Part shown: piece after piece, positions 12,901 through 25,767 of the stretch
Numbering within the stretch: position 1 is the stretch's first letter
Layout: each line of letters starts with the position of its first letter
Assembly (NCBI GenBank): GCA_013115125.1
Contig: JABANN010000125.1
Location: forward strand, 1 to 64,000
Source: Perkinsus olseni
Lineage: Eukaryota
Length of the DNA stretch: 64,000 bases
Direction of reading: 5' to 3'
Program-made: the position numbers and the translations under genes
Notes under the pieces: model-generated
Told to the model about the DNA's origin: nothing
The model's input: only the letters and a program-made list of their open reading frames with translations
The model's database searches: none

Positions 12901-15900
12901 ATTTAAACGTTACGTGGTAGATGCGAAGAGGCTGAGGAATGGGACCTCGACGCTGAGGACCGGGCCGGCGTTGCTGCCAACAAGATGAGGATACTCCTTC
13001 ATAAGGAGTCTAGACCGTACCTGCCGGCTCAAGTGCGAACCCGTACAGACTTTCTTTAGTCATCTCCCGTACGACTCCGTTTCGGCCGCCCCGGACGCCC
13101 TGGATGCTATGCTACCGACACCCCAAGTCGTGTTCTTAACCGTCACACATCTCGTAGGGAGAGGTCTTTGCAGCCCAGTAATCGCGAGATACGTCCTTAG
13201 GCTACACGAGAGGATGATGGTGCCTTCCGTGCTGCACTACGCATAGCCGACGAATGCAGAAGGGCTAGGGAAGAGGAGGACGGGCATCCGCGGGACAAGG
13301 TGGGCATTGGCAGCATTCCCGTGAAGAAAGTGTTGTTGTTTAGTTGCTGGCCCGCTTCGGTAAATGCATATGTCCCTCCAACGTCTTCTCTACCCGGTTG
13401 ATGTCCATTGTTGAGTGTAGCTTGGCGGGTGATGCCACTACTGAGGCTCACATGTTGGAGGCCATCGCGAAAGCCTCCGCGGTCTTCCTGGATGTAGGCA
13501 GCAGCAGCAGCAGCAGCAGCAGCAGTCATCGGGGCCAGCGGCCCCCCCACTATCCTCCCCGCCGGTCCTCCTCAGACGCTGCCGTTCGAGTCACAGCTCT
13601 CGGGGCTTCGGTCGTGCATCGCACTCCTCTGGGCTAGGTGTGGTGAGCCATCTCCTCATCTGCCCATCTACTGTAAGGCTGGTATCATGCTTGCCAAGAT
13701 CGCTCTTACGGAAGGGTAGCGAGACCTACTACCTCTAGCAGCCCCCTCTTGTGACTGCTGTATACAGGACCGACATCGTCATTCAAGAGCGTGGCCGCTG
13801 TTTCCGTCGATCTCTGAGCCTGGCCGAGGAGTTTGGCTTGGAGGTAGCACGACAGTCGTTGCTGTGAGTAGGAAGTCTTGACTGTATCAGGCTCTGCCGA
13901 AGGATTTGTGGTACTCCTCGAGGACTGAGGAGGCGGACGGAGGAGAAGGCAGCGATGAGGATGGCATCATGTCAGGTGGCGCCTTAGCTCCCGCAGGGCA
14001 ACGTGCGAGGATGAAGTTGGAACAGCTGTGGGGATGGGCGGCGGACCTTCCTGTCCGCCATCGTCATGCTGTCAGATTCCGTAATGCTGTGACAAGTGCG
14101 TCGCCTGAAGCGGAGGCGACTGGGGGCTGCCGGTACTCTCGTCTTTCCGAGTTGCTCGGCATCCCTCGCCGGACGGCCTCCTATATTCTGGCCTCGAACG
14201 GGTGAGGAGGAGTCCATCACACCCCGTTGTGGCGACTTCCGGAATCAGGGCTAACGAGCCAGCACCGGACAGCGTCGCGGCGCATGACGGGTCGATGAGC
14301 AGGCTTCTGACTGATGGGTCGACTCGGTCTTGTCAAAGGGCCTTGGAGTACATCCATCATCAGCTTGAGGAGCGTCTCCTGCCGATGGTTGAGCACGAGA
14401 ACTTCTCACACGTCGAACGGCCGATGGTCGATGAACTCTCTGCTCTCGCCAACTTGATGGCTAGATTGGCCTCCCTGTGTGACACGAGCATGTTGGTTGA
14501 TGAGGAATTGCTGGAGACTGGCCGAAGGCTGCAGCTGGCCACTCGACTGGTGGCAGCCTCTGACGCTGTCAATGAAGAGAGCCACTTGACTGGATACAAG
14601 GTGATCAGCAGCAGCAGCATCCGTCGGTTTGATGTTGGCAGACTCGGCTGTCTTGTCGCAGTCGTTGCTGCACTCTGTCATGAAGTGGTGCTCATCGCCG
14701 TCCTCTCTCATCCCGGCTGTGGAGGCCTTCCGTACGGCCGTCGAAGTTGCCTGTGGGGCGGATCTTGATGACAGTGCCGTTGAAGGAGAGGAAGTGGAGG
14801 ACGAGTAGGCGGCCCTCCGGTTCCCTACCTCCCGAGCATCATCCTTCAGCAGCTTCTTCTCGGATATCCTGGCCTCGCAGAACTGGGCTATCGCAGCGGA
14901 GGTGGCGGGCTCGAGGCGGTTGGACGTGCTGGTGGAGTGGCTTCGTCGCATTACTTCAAGTAGGGGGTGCTCCTCCCAGAGAGACAGCGAGACTCCCTCT
15001 CAGATGTCGGAGAGCAAGATGCCCTACTCATGCTTATTCTGGGGTTGTCTTTGCCAGAGACGGTATCTGAGGAGACATTCGATAAGGCGATAGCCGAAAG
15101 AAGGGCATCTGGTCAAGTAGGGCCTACTTCTTCCGTGCTGGACTGATGACAGCTCTCCAGGCATCGGTGGCCAGCTTCCTAGCGGGCACAGCCAGTTGGC
15201 TTCCCCTCTTGCGGGAGTTCATAGCGGAGGACGCCCTCGAACAGGAAGTGTCCCGTCTGCAGTTGGCGGACACCTGTACAGAGCTTACTGTGGTTGATGC
15301 AACGATGGCAGAACCGCAGCCTGGAGCTATAGTGAAGGCCTTCGAGAACGACGCTTACACGTGAGTGGAGTAGGACGACTGGGCTCAGGAAAGCTGTTGG
15401 GATGGTTTCAGGTTATTCGCGAGGAAGTGCTTGCAAGACCGTTGGGCTATATACTGCTCCGAGCTGTCGGTCGAAGTCGACCCGGTCCGTCTGGGAGAGG
15501 GCAAGCCTGAGTACTTGTGGCCGCTGATTTCGAGGCTATCCGCGGCGGGTGCTGAGTTAGAATCTGTACAAGTGCTGGCAAAGGACTTCCAGCTTCCGCA
15601 GTGGGAGGCATCCCTACTCTGGTGCAGTACGGTCATCCAGCGCCACAGCGTAGCCAAGTTGGACCAGGCCTGGACAGAGCTAGACCAGTTGCTCACGGCC
15701 TATCGGACAGAGACTCTTCGAGTCATCGAATGCGAGATCCTCGGGGTGGTTCATGACTTGACGGTTATAGAGATGGCCCTAGACAGGCTCCCCGAAGGCC
15801 CCTTCACGGCCCACAGGTTCGCAGCTAAGGCCATCCGGAACTATGAGACTCAGGCGGGTACCGTCGGGAACCTTACGCTCAGGAAGATGGTTGAGGATCC

Positions 15901-17444
15901 TCAGTGTGCTCTCATGGCTGAGCTGATGGACCGGAACTTCAGCACAGTGGAGGCCATCCTCGCCGTCATCGGTCCGGAGTCGGCCGCTGGGTTCGTATCA
16001 GACGCTAGTGAGTACATACTGCATCACTCTGAGAGGCAGAGTAACGGTGTCCTGGCCGTGGTCTATGGCGTTGGGGTGAGCGAGGCAGACGGCTGCCTGA
16101 GGGTGGAGAATCGGCTCAGCACCGAGCCTGACCATTGGACTATAGCCATCACTGAGCAGCTGTTACAACTGGTCGACAAGCTCAAGGAGATGCCGGCTCG
16201 AGCGGCGGAGATACTGAAAGCTCTGAGCGGCATGCTACCTGTGTGTGTGGACAAGCTGAGAGTGTGGCAAAGGATGAAGGCTTTGGAGAAGGAGGGAGCC
16301 CCACGGCACATCTCCAGTGCTGAGATCAACGCCTTAGAGACCAGGGTGAGTGCCCTCCGTTCACCGTCTTATCGTTTATGTTAGCGTCTTATGTTCTCTC
16401 CTAGATTCTACTGAGGGGATACCCAAAGTTCGCCTCCTTTGAGCCGGTATTGGTGGAGCTCGGCCCATGGACATGTGCAGAGGCCATCGGGTATACAGGC
16501 CTCGTTGAGGATGAAACCGCTGACGAGGCCTATGAGGTAGCCCCAGACCAGATGCCGGGGTCGAGGCATGGCTTCCGTTCAGTTGCTCACGGAGGTTCTC
16601 GCGCTGAATCGCGTCAAGCTGGGCGTGACCATGCGTGAGCTGGCGGACAAATGGGTCAAAACGCCCGGCAAGCACGAACCCTGGATGGAGCTCGTCAAGT
16701 TTCGGAGGTGGGAATCGGTCCCTGGCAGTCGTACCACTTGGCTCCGCTTTCAGAGAGGAAGCGCCCAAGTGCGGGGTTGACATATTCGACCGTGGCCAGA
16801 TCGACAGAGATGATATTCAGCGCGTGGTAAATCTCTTGAGTCGCTACAAGCAAGCGACAGACCTGGCCAAGGTCATGGTCATGCTTACCATCTTCTTCGA
16901 GTGTGGCCCTACCAGCACTCCGGCCTCTAGGAGCAGGGCGGGCGAGATAGTCCTTCTAATAAGCGACATTAGCGACATAGAGAGTGGCTACAATCACGAA
17001 GTGGACTTCTTAGCTCCTATCAGGGCTTTCTACGCTTATGTGGACGCTGCTGGCCGGGTTCTCGGGGACTCCGTAGTTCGGGCGTTGCCAACCTCGGATG
17101 CGACCTTTGCTAAGTCCAACAAGAAGCAGATAGCAAAGACCGTCCTCACAGCTGGGACGGTGCATGCGGCGGAGTTCGCTGCGGCCCTTCTCCTCGACTA
17201 TTCTGAGGATCTCGGCTGTGATTCGGAGACCTGTGCCCTTCTTTGTGAGGTCCTCGGGCTTCTGCCAAAGGACACAGCGGTTGGTGTAGTGAGGAAATTG
17301 ATTGCTAGTGGTCAGCTCTCGGCTCTGCCGTATCACCGAAACCTCAACCTTCTCCTGGCCAAGCTCGGATTCGAGTACTCTGAGTCCTCTCTGGGCCCTC
17401 TACTCCGAGCCTCTGTGCCCTGGGTGGAGGAAGAGGAAGAGTAG
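9929..17444 (+). CDS. Rough deal (Rod)/KNTC1-like kinetochore alpha-solenoid protein with a long acidic N-terminal exon, multi-exon
   Basis: Collinear blocks resemble KNTC1 as recalled: VPWVKHFVVPYV; RWAIYCSELSVEVDP...AKDFQLPQWEASLL; ELMDRNFSTV; RELADKWVK; DDIQRVVNLL...SRSRAGEIVLLISD; TFAKSNKKQIAKTV...LLLDY. A 49-nt GT-AG intron (10806-10854) joins the Asp/Glu-rich exon in frame to ETVKMTELERP. Confidence 0.65.
13498..13525. repeat. (GCA)n microsatellite, probably intronic
   Basis: About 9 consecutive GCA units right after a GT donor-like site. Confidence 0.8.
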
Positions 17445-17606
17445 CCGATCATGGGTAGTTGTAATTCACTAATCACCAGATTCATGCCAATTGCAGTACC
17501 CTCCGCGACGCTGTTGTGTTCCTTCGCGGGGTTTTTACGAGTAAGAGTGGCATCGCCCTCGTCGTCCTGTCGTGAGGCAGCGAGTAGTTCTCAACCGCTC
17601 GACTTA

Positions 17607-20600
17607 ATGGCTCCTCTCCGCCGCTCAGGGCAGCTGCCTGACTTTATGGACTTATCTGAGGAGGTCGCTAAGGCCCTGGCTAGCAATGGACCGGTGGTGG
17701 CACTGGAGAGCACCATCATAACCCACGGTATGGCAGGTTTGGGTGTCGGGGGCTCAACCACAGCTCTAGTCTCGCAGGCATGCCCTATCCGCAGAACCTG
17801 CAGTCGGCCCTCGAAGTGGAGCGAGTTGTGAGGGAGGCGGGCAGCATACCGGCCACTATAGCCATCATGAAGGGCAGGGTGAAAGTGGGCTTGGCGGAGT
17901 CTGAGATCAACGAGATCGCCGAAAGGGGACCTAGCAAGTGTTCTAAGGTGAAGAAGCCCTCCTGGTCATGCTACCCCCCCGTATTCAACACTGCAGGTGT
18001 CTATCCGTGACATAGGGCTCGTGATGGCTAATGAGGGCTATGGTTCGACTACAGTGGCAGCCACCATGCGTATAGCTGCTATGGCTGGTATACGTATATT
18101 CGCCACGGGAGGCATTGGTGGGGTCCATCGAGGCGTCGAGGTAGACACGGCGGCTGCTCCCACTCCTCAATGACTTGCTATCAGTCTACATGGGATGTGT
18201 CCGCTGACCTCACCGAGTTGGGCTCCACTCCGGTGGCAGTTGTCTGCGCTGGTGCGAAGAGCGTACTTGATCTGCCCAAAACGTTAGAGGTAGTAAGGAG
18301 GTCTATGGCCATGCTGGTGATATCGAGTAGCGATGGTGGTTGCAGTTCCTCGAGACCGAAGGGGTCCCCGTCCTGGGGTGGGGAACGGACATTTTCCCGG
18401 CATTTTTCACGAGGGATAGTGGCCTGCGTACCTCCGGCCGAGTGGATGATGCTGATCATGCTGCGAAGTAGAGGTGGTCCTTCTTTGGGGGCGTAATGCT
18501 GGGCCTCAGGTTTCTGGCTGCTTCGGACCGATTCTTCGCAAAACCTCGCTACAAACGGCCAGGGTGCATCATAGGCTGCCCAGTGCCCGAGACAGGTGCT
18601 GCGGATATGGAACGGATAGAAGTTTGCACTAAGAAGGCTCTGAAGGAAGCAGAAAATAAGGGCATTCAAGGTATCCAAGGTGACGGAACTGATGCAGCAG
18701 CGATTCTCTCCGAAGGCGCTGCGGTGACCCCCTTCCTGCTCAAGAGGATCAACGAGTTGACCGGCGGGGAGAGTCTAGCCGCCAATCTCAGCCTCATCGA
18801 GAACAACGCTAAGGTTGCTAGCCAAATTGCGGTGGCCTACCAGAAAGTAATACCATCAATACCTGCTGAGCCTGCGTAATTGGCAAGTCAGTTGAGACGT
18901 GGAGGCCGTCGGGAGGTGGCAGGAGGCCCGAGGGCTGTGGCGGTATTGGGGGGTATAGCCATGGACATCACTGCTAAAGCTAGTGATCCGACCAGTGCTG
19001 GAGCTCAGGTAGAGCAGACAGCCTTTGTAGTCGCCCTACTGTCATTGACTGTAGGAATCGACCGTACCGGGTTTTTTGTCGATGTCGAGCGGAGGTGTGG
19101 GCCTCTCGTTGGCGGAAAGCATGGCTATGCTCGGGGCTACGCCTGGACTAATATCAGCGGTTGGGCGTGATAGTCACGGAGAAGCCTTGATGCAGTAGGA
19201 GGCTCCTGATAGTGTCTCACTGAGTATGTTGAGCTAGGCGACTCCGGGAAATCGGCGTGCCTACAACAAACGTTAAGGAGTTGAGCACAGAGTCCACTGG
19301 CACATGCACACTGGTGCTAGATGGTCGTGGCGAGCTTATATCAGTAGCACACTCTCCTCGCCTCGCCATCATACGCCGCTCCCTCAGGGTGTAGCTGCTA
19401 TGGACATCTTCGATCGGCTTGTCCACCCTTTGGTTAACATACCCAAGGTCCTCAGACAGGAGGCTATGTCCCAGCTTAGGGTCCTCCTAGTGGATGCCAA
19501 CATGCCTAGGGACACTATAGCCCGAGCTGCCAAGGCCTGCAGGTAGTGCTAGGCCCAATGAGGAGTGACCAAGGGACCACCACAGGTCCCGTGGGGTTGA
19601 GTGCTGGCTGGACCCCGTGAGCACGGTTAAGGCTGCCGTCAGAGCCGGCAAGGTAGGGAGGTAGGCTGCCGCTGAGTGAGGTATGGCGGTGTACCCAGGC
19701 CAGTGATACCGGTGAGGAGATCCTCAGCAGCATCGATCTGATCTCGCCCAATATGCGTGAGCTGGCGGTAAGCTGTCGTTGATAGGTCGACAGGGGTCAT
19801 GGGCCATGACTCATGGTCCCCATCACTCAGGTCTTGGCCTCTAGCTATTTATACCCGTCACAGATCAAAGTGGAGCCTTTGCGGAAGGACGAAGTCATCC
19901 AATGGGGACTCGCAACTGCTACACTCGTAGGTCCCACTGCAGCAGATGGCCCAATAGTCTCCCATTCATCCGGTCGGGTGACCGTGGAAACCACAGCTCC
20001 CATCTCCCTACACTGTCCATCCCAATCATCCGGTCTGTAGCTTAAACATGCTTGAGCTGCGGGCCCTGTCCGCATCGTTGCCCTGGAGCGGATCACTCCT
20101 GTGTCATCGTCAGTTGCTAGAGAAGAGCTCTGTGAGACGCGTCTTGGCATCCTTCGGCAAGCATGGCGTCCTCCTGGTTGCCAAAGAGCCTCTCAGTCTT
20201 CTGCCGTCTACCATTACGTCTCTGTGCCGGAGTATCGGAGGTACATTGCGGATGAAGGTACCGTTGTTCCTTGACTCCGTCGGACCGGCTTCGAGGTGGC
20301 CCTGCCTCGTAGGCACTGGCGACGGCATCCCCCAATACGGTTGCTCTTCACTACGTTTCCGATCCTATCGATAATAGTAGGCCTTCCCTCCTCCACCTGC
20401 TAGAGTAGCTGCTTTTTCCCAGTGGTGAGCTCTACTGGAGCCGGCGACAACCTCCTCGCTGGAGCAGCGTGGGCGTATGCCTGTCAGGGAGTATCAGTCG
20501 AGAAGGCTGTGATGGTTGGTATGGCGACTGCTAGGATGAGCCTGTTCTCGGAGTGAGCAACAGCGTGTCCACTCTCAACTCGCTGCGACGGTGTTGTTTC

Positions 20601-20681
20601 AGGTCGGCTTGCCACCCGGACTTGTCCTCCGAGGAAGTGGAGCACCTCCTTTCTGAAGGGGCGGCGACCAGCAAACTCTGA
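17607..20681 (+). CDS. Pseudouridine-5'-phosphate glycosidase (PsuG/IndA family) fused to a PfkB-family pseudouridine kinase, multi-exon
   Basis: N-terminal [27 protein letters not shown]-like segment, [55 protein letters not shown]-terminal [22 protein letters not shown] and the PfkB signature [11 protein letters not shown]. Confidence 0.92.
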
Positions 20682-20873
20682 CGAGCTGGAAGGAAGATGA
20701 CTTTTTAACTCCGCCGTCCCGACGGCGGCCTTCTCTTTGCTTTCTTATTCTGTCGTGAACTTTTTGCTATGACACAATGTTTCTGTAGCTCTCCTCATGT
20801 GCGTTGAGGCCATGAAGTCCATGGGCCTCCTTGTCTCCACTCATCAGAGGGTAGACTCCTCGTTGACTCCGCC

Positions 20874-21675
20874 ATGCTAGCCTCCCGACAGCAGTTCCTA
20901 GGGGCTCTGCGGCAGGCGTTAAGGCCTCCCGCGGTCTGTGCGCAACTAGGGGCTGCGTGCCAGATCCGAGGAGGCTTCTATGAGGGCAGCAACAAAGACC
21001 ATAGGCAGATCAGCATGGTAGCGGGCGCGTTCCTTGTCCCTGGACTCAGCCCTCCAGTCATCAGCCTGTCCCTCGGAACGTCCGACCGAACGTCGTGGTG
21101 AAGGGCATCCGGAAGGTGAGCGCTAAGTTGGACGTGTTGAAGACTCAGACTAAGATCCGTAGCTTCGAGGGCAACTCCATGTATCGCATACGGAAGCTTA
21201 GTGAGTGATGATGATGGCTCTTCTCACCACACGGCGGCCCTCGCCATCCCTGTGCTTCAGATGAGCGGGCCTACTTTAGAAAGTGGCATTACCTTCGCTA
21301 TGCCGTGGAGACTCTCAACTTCTATGCTCGTAACAGGTACGGGTCGTGGAGACTCTCTCGCTTTGTCTCTTACCTCTCTTGTCCGGCTCCAGTAGAGTTG
21401 CTGTTCAGAGCCCCGTTGAGTATCCTGCCCAAGGAGGACCCGTCACACCTCGAGATGCGGTTATTGAATCCTGTACTCCCACAAGGAGATCCGTCAAGAA
21501 AGAAGGCGCGCTTCTGTAGCACGCAGCTGTCCTATAGAGCGACGTGATTCCTCCCTGGCAGGGTTCAAACCAGATGGGTTTTCTGAGAAGGAGTTGTGGC
21601 AAATTGCTGATGAAGTGGCCGAAGCCCAACCCAAGAGCTCAGGCCAACGACTGTCGTTCGAAAGTCGCGGTATAG
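20874..21675 (+). CDS. Small basic protein with mitochondrial presequence-like N-terminus (possibly mitoribosomal), multi-exon
   Basis: MLASRQQFLGALRQALR is Arg-rich and free of acidic residues. Short GT-AG introns join basic exons (VVVKGIRK, ERAYFRKWHYLRYAVETLNFYARNR). Confidence 0.5.
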
Positions 21676-21813
21676 CCAAGTATTGAAACACAGGCTACAC
21701 AGGACATGTGGTCTTGTCGACCGGGGTTTCCGAGCTCAGTATTGTTGAGTCAGCACTGGAGACCTTCAGTTCATTTGTATAGCATTCTCAGCTCTTTTGA
21801 TTTGTAAATTTGT

Positions 21814-23295
21814 ATGACCCATCGCACCCTGGAGGGGGCTCGAAGGTCCGTATCCCCTCAGGAAGAATCCCCGGGCTCTTGTTGTTGCCTGAAGCCCATC
21901 GCTGAGGTTTACTCTAGGTCTATCCATCACGCATGCTGTTGGATTTGTAGACGACATGGCGTTTGGGCATCGGACCTCCAGTGTGAGGACATAGTAGGGG
22001 AATGAACGGCCGCAACAGGGCGGGGGTCTACTCTCTTTCCAGGCCGAATCGGGGTGGCTGTGGAAGAAGTCGAAGGTCGTGGGGACGTGGCGGCTTCGGT
22101 GGTGCTGTGTAGTCATGAGCCAACGGGCTCTCCTCTCCTTTGAGGAGAAGCCTGATTGGCTACACAACACTCATCTGCAGGTGCGTCACGGCGTCGCATG
22201 TACGAACCAACTGTCCTTTCTGCAGCAAAGCCCCACCGAAAAGATTCCCCTCGTCACTTGTGACCTCAATGAGTTTCAAGATACCTCCTGTCCGGGGTTC
22301 ACCATAGACAACCGGGCGTTTGCTCTTCCAGGTGATCAGCCTCTCTCCCTCTGTTGTCATCTTTCATATAGTTGAAGGTGCTCCATCTCTCAGGTTCCGC
22401 AAGCTCACGACACGCCCTGCTGAATTGGCTCATGGCCATCGCCTTCGCCAAGGGTGACGAGGATACGATAAATAGGTAATGGTTAGAAGCCTCCGCCGAG
22501 CCACAAGCAACCGCATCTGGAGTCAGATGCGTGGACCTAGCATGCGAGGACGTTCCCAAGGAGGACTTCGATCAGTGCGGCCTCGTTCATTCTGATATCG
22601 ACTCCGCTGTATCAACTGACTTCTCTAACTCTGCTGATGACTTTGCGATATACGTACACGGCACCACAGGAGATCATGTGAGTGTTTCTCTCCGCCTCCA
22701 TGGCAATGGCGACTCCCTACTTCAGGTCGCCTTGGATTGCCTTGAATTAGCAGACTTGTGGCTCGTACCAGTCGCGAGTAACAGAGCCAAAACGGCCAGT
22801 TGCGAGCTTTGCCATAGACTCAGAGCTCGTCAGGATTTGTGCGAAACTCGCCCTTGCGGGCATATATTCCACGTTGATTGCCTCTATGGCTGGGTGAGGA
22901 GGACCTGAGTACCGAACTCGATCGAGTGCCCCCCCCCCCTCAGACGCGTCAGAGTATAACCCATGACTTCTGCCCACACTGTCACACTACGTTCGTCTAT
23001 GAAGGCGACGGTGATGCTGCGGGAGGCTCGTACTTCCCTTCTAGGTAGACGACTCCCCCGAGAGTATGGTGATGTATCACGTACCCTTCTCAGCGTCATG
23101 ACCTTCTCTTATCGTCAGCCAGTATTCCTTGAGCCTTATGCTCGAGCCAGTTTCAAGTCCTTACCCACATCTCCTATGGAGCGGTCCCCACCACTAAAGC
23201 CTCCCAAGAGAGACTCCTCGCCGCCTTGTTCCATCCAAAGTTCTCAGCAAGCTACACTGGCAAGGCCTCTGACCAGCATGAGATGGAGGTCATGA
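21814..23295 (+). CDS. PH-domain plus RING-H2 finger protein (putative E3 ligase), multi-exon
   Basis: PH beta1-beta3 pattern ESGWLWKKSKVVGTWRLRWCCV..LLSF, and RING-H2 pattern CELC...PCGHIFHVDCLYGW. Start uncertain. Confidence 0.65.
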
Positions 23296-23943
23296 TGGAA
23301 GTTCTCACAGAGTGACGATACCTCGCAATCAATTCGTCTAGTTCCGACGTGAAGTTGGGATCAGGATTCGGAGCTTCCGGTTATTTCTGACGTAACTCGC
23401 CTTCCTATCATCCTGTACTACTACCCACACCTTCATTCGTTTGCTACCGACATTTGTTCCTTTCTAGTGCCCTAACTCAACCACACAGTCGACCACACAT
23501 TTATGGTCAACCAATTAGTACAGATTACTGAGCGTCAGCGTTGTCAATTTATCTAGGTGCTGGAGTGTAGCGTTAAAGCTGCGCCGAAGGAGGAGAGCAC
23601 CGACCCAGCTAGCTTACCAACAGCCCACGATAACGCAATACAGCTTGAGAGGTGGCAGTACTGCAATTACTTACGTGATATAGTCTTCGAGCCAACATGA
23701 AGCGAAACGAATCCCACATGAGGCCGCTAAGAGATGATTAACGGATATATGATGCCACCGGAAGAATCATCTGTGTCCCCGCAGCGTCCTGTGGAGGACG
23801 GATGCCAGCCGGAGTTGGCGGGCGAGTGAGACAGCTCACACTTTGATTCAGCCAATACGGTCATAAAATCTATCATATAATTCTACTCGGGTTGTTACCC
23901 CGGAATGAAAGGTATCGCAAAAATGTCAGGCTACTGAGGGTAG

Positions 23944-24435
23944 TTATTCAGTAATGGTAACCAGCGATTCTGCTGCAGCACTTGGGCGCTTATGAAGCCA
24001 GAGGGTGTAGTATTTGCCACAGACTCTGACGACCATCTTTCCTTCCGCCGTGCTGTACGGTACATCAGCCCAGTCCTTGAGCGTGAGGTTCCCAGCAGAT
24101 CGGTCGAAAAGCGCCCAACCCCAAACAGGGACAGTCTGCGACTTCGAGGAGTAAACGGCGTTGGTAAAATCTAGATGGAGGTGCTCGTATGGCCTCTTGT
24201 GATGCTCCCATACGATACCGCCTTCATGAGGCCGTTCAGGCATGAAGCTGTGATGGAAGTCCAGCGCAGCGAGGCCCACATTGGTGGGATGCTTCGGGTG
24301 GGGATGGAAGAGCCCGAAGCGTATGAGCCATTGGTCTCCAGGCTTCGGTACCTCATGCTTGTATCCAAAGTAGAAGCCTTCAAGGGGTAGACCACTGGCA
24401 AGCTGGAGAAGGACTAGGACGCCAAAGGCGAGCAT
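23944..24435 (-). CDS. Secreted hypothetical protein (paralog A)
   Basis: Signal peptide MLAFGVLVLLQLASG, then a single-exon domain of about 145 aa that is clearly similar to the neighbouring ORF. Confidence 0.7.
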   Translation of the reverse strand: MLAFGVLVLLQLASGLPLEGFYFGYKHEVPKPGDQWLIRFGLFHPHPKHPTNVGLAALDFHHSFMPERPHEGGIVWEHHKRPYEHLHLDFTNAVYSSKSQTVPVWGWALFDRSAGNLTLKDWADVPYSTAEGKMVVRVCGKYYTLWLHKRPSAAAESLVTITE

Positions 24436-24649
24436 CGGAGGGTGAAAATGGCCACTAACCTGGAAGATAGATCCGCGACGAGAATCCTCACGCGTAGTGC
24501 ACTCAAGCGCGAGGAGACTCCCCAATACTCATCACTATCAGAAGGGAAACGATAAATTCGAAAAGAATTACCGAGAGTTACATGTTGGTTTGATGTGTTC
24601 AACGAATGTCGAAGCATTGCGTATCCCTCGGCGTTCACCGCACTGCCCT

Positions 24650-25128
24650 TCAAGCCAAGTGCTCTTTACCCTCATGATGTGGTAAGGTCATCACATACCG
24701 CTCGCCTTTCATGCACAAGGTTACCTGCTCTGAGCTGTGATCATAACGAGCCTGTGCACACTCCTTCGGATCCACGCCATAGCGCTCGAAGAAGGCTTTG
24801 GCCCATGTGGGTGTCCTTTGCTCCATACTTGAGAAAACGGCGTTGGCGAAGTCAAGCTTTATATTATCCTCGTCCTCCGCCACATAATTCCACTTGATAC
24901 CACCCAGATGAGGCTTGTCACTAAAGATGTAACTTTGAAGATCCAGGGTGGAAAGTCCCTCCGGACCCTTCTCGCTTGGATGAGGGTAGAACAGGCCGAA
25001 CCTGATCATCTCACGCTCTTCGGTATCGGGCATGGGCCCTCCTCTCCAGATATAGATCCCTTCAGTTGGCAGATCCTGCCGTCCGGTCATGTGATGACAA
25101 TCTGGAACGTGTAAGTTACTGGTAGCAT
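24650..25128 (-). CDS. Hypothetical protein (paralog B); signal peptide apparently out of frame
   Basis: Shares LP.EG.Y, IRFGLF.PHP, LD, H.GGI.W, LDF.NAV.SS and P.W..A.F.R with paralog A. The upstream MLPVTYTFQIVIT is in another frame and ends in a stop. Confidence 0.6.
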
Positions 25129-25767
25129 TGTTCGAGTCGTGGTTGCGAGGGGTCAGCCCAGATAAGGCTGAGCGCCGTGCGTGTACATGCGTCTTTGTGC
25201 ATGCGTGCACACCTGTGCTTTGCCTGCCGACCTGTTGCAACTCGTTGCTGAAACTTGGAAACTTGCAATACTTTCGATGCTAGCAGCACGCATAAACATA
25301 GGAAAAATAGATGGAAGAAGTCTCAATGTTAGCTCAATATGATTCAGACGTCTTTGGAACTACAACTGTGAAGAACTACTGAGACCTACGACTATGTACG
25401 ATGGCTTGCGTTAACTATAAGGGTCACATCAAGTACTCATTGCTCAACAGACCGATGTAAAACTGAGGACCGCCATAGGGACGTGATCATCCGCTTGACT
25501 CTAGGAGACCAGGTTTGTGGTGTCGCGGACCGCGACTCGCGGTCTATAGAGGTTCCATAACTTATGGAACAATATGGAGCCTTGACGATGAAGGTACGCT
25601 GTTAACATAGTAGTGCCGCTTCGCTACCGCCGCGCGAGTGTTCTGTCGATCCCTGTACATTGTGAGGCTCCCACCAGTGTCCCCACCGCCGCACAACCTC
25701 TAAGGTTGGAATGTTCAAGCACGAATATTCCTGTTCTGGCCCTGAAGTAGTTCAATCGTTATTTATT

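Noticed and set aside
17607-20681. Bacterial psuG-psuK operon or contamination
   Set aside because: The gene is interrupted by many spliceosomal introns like its neighbours.
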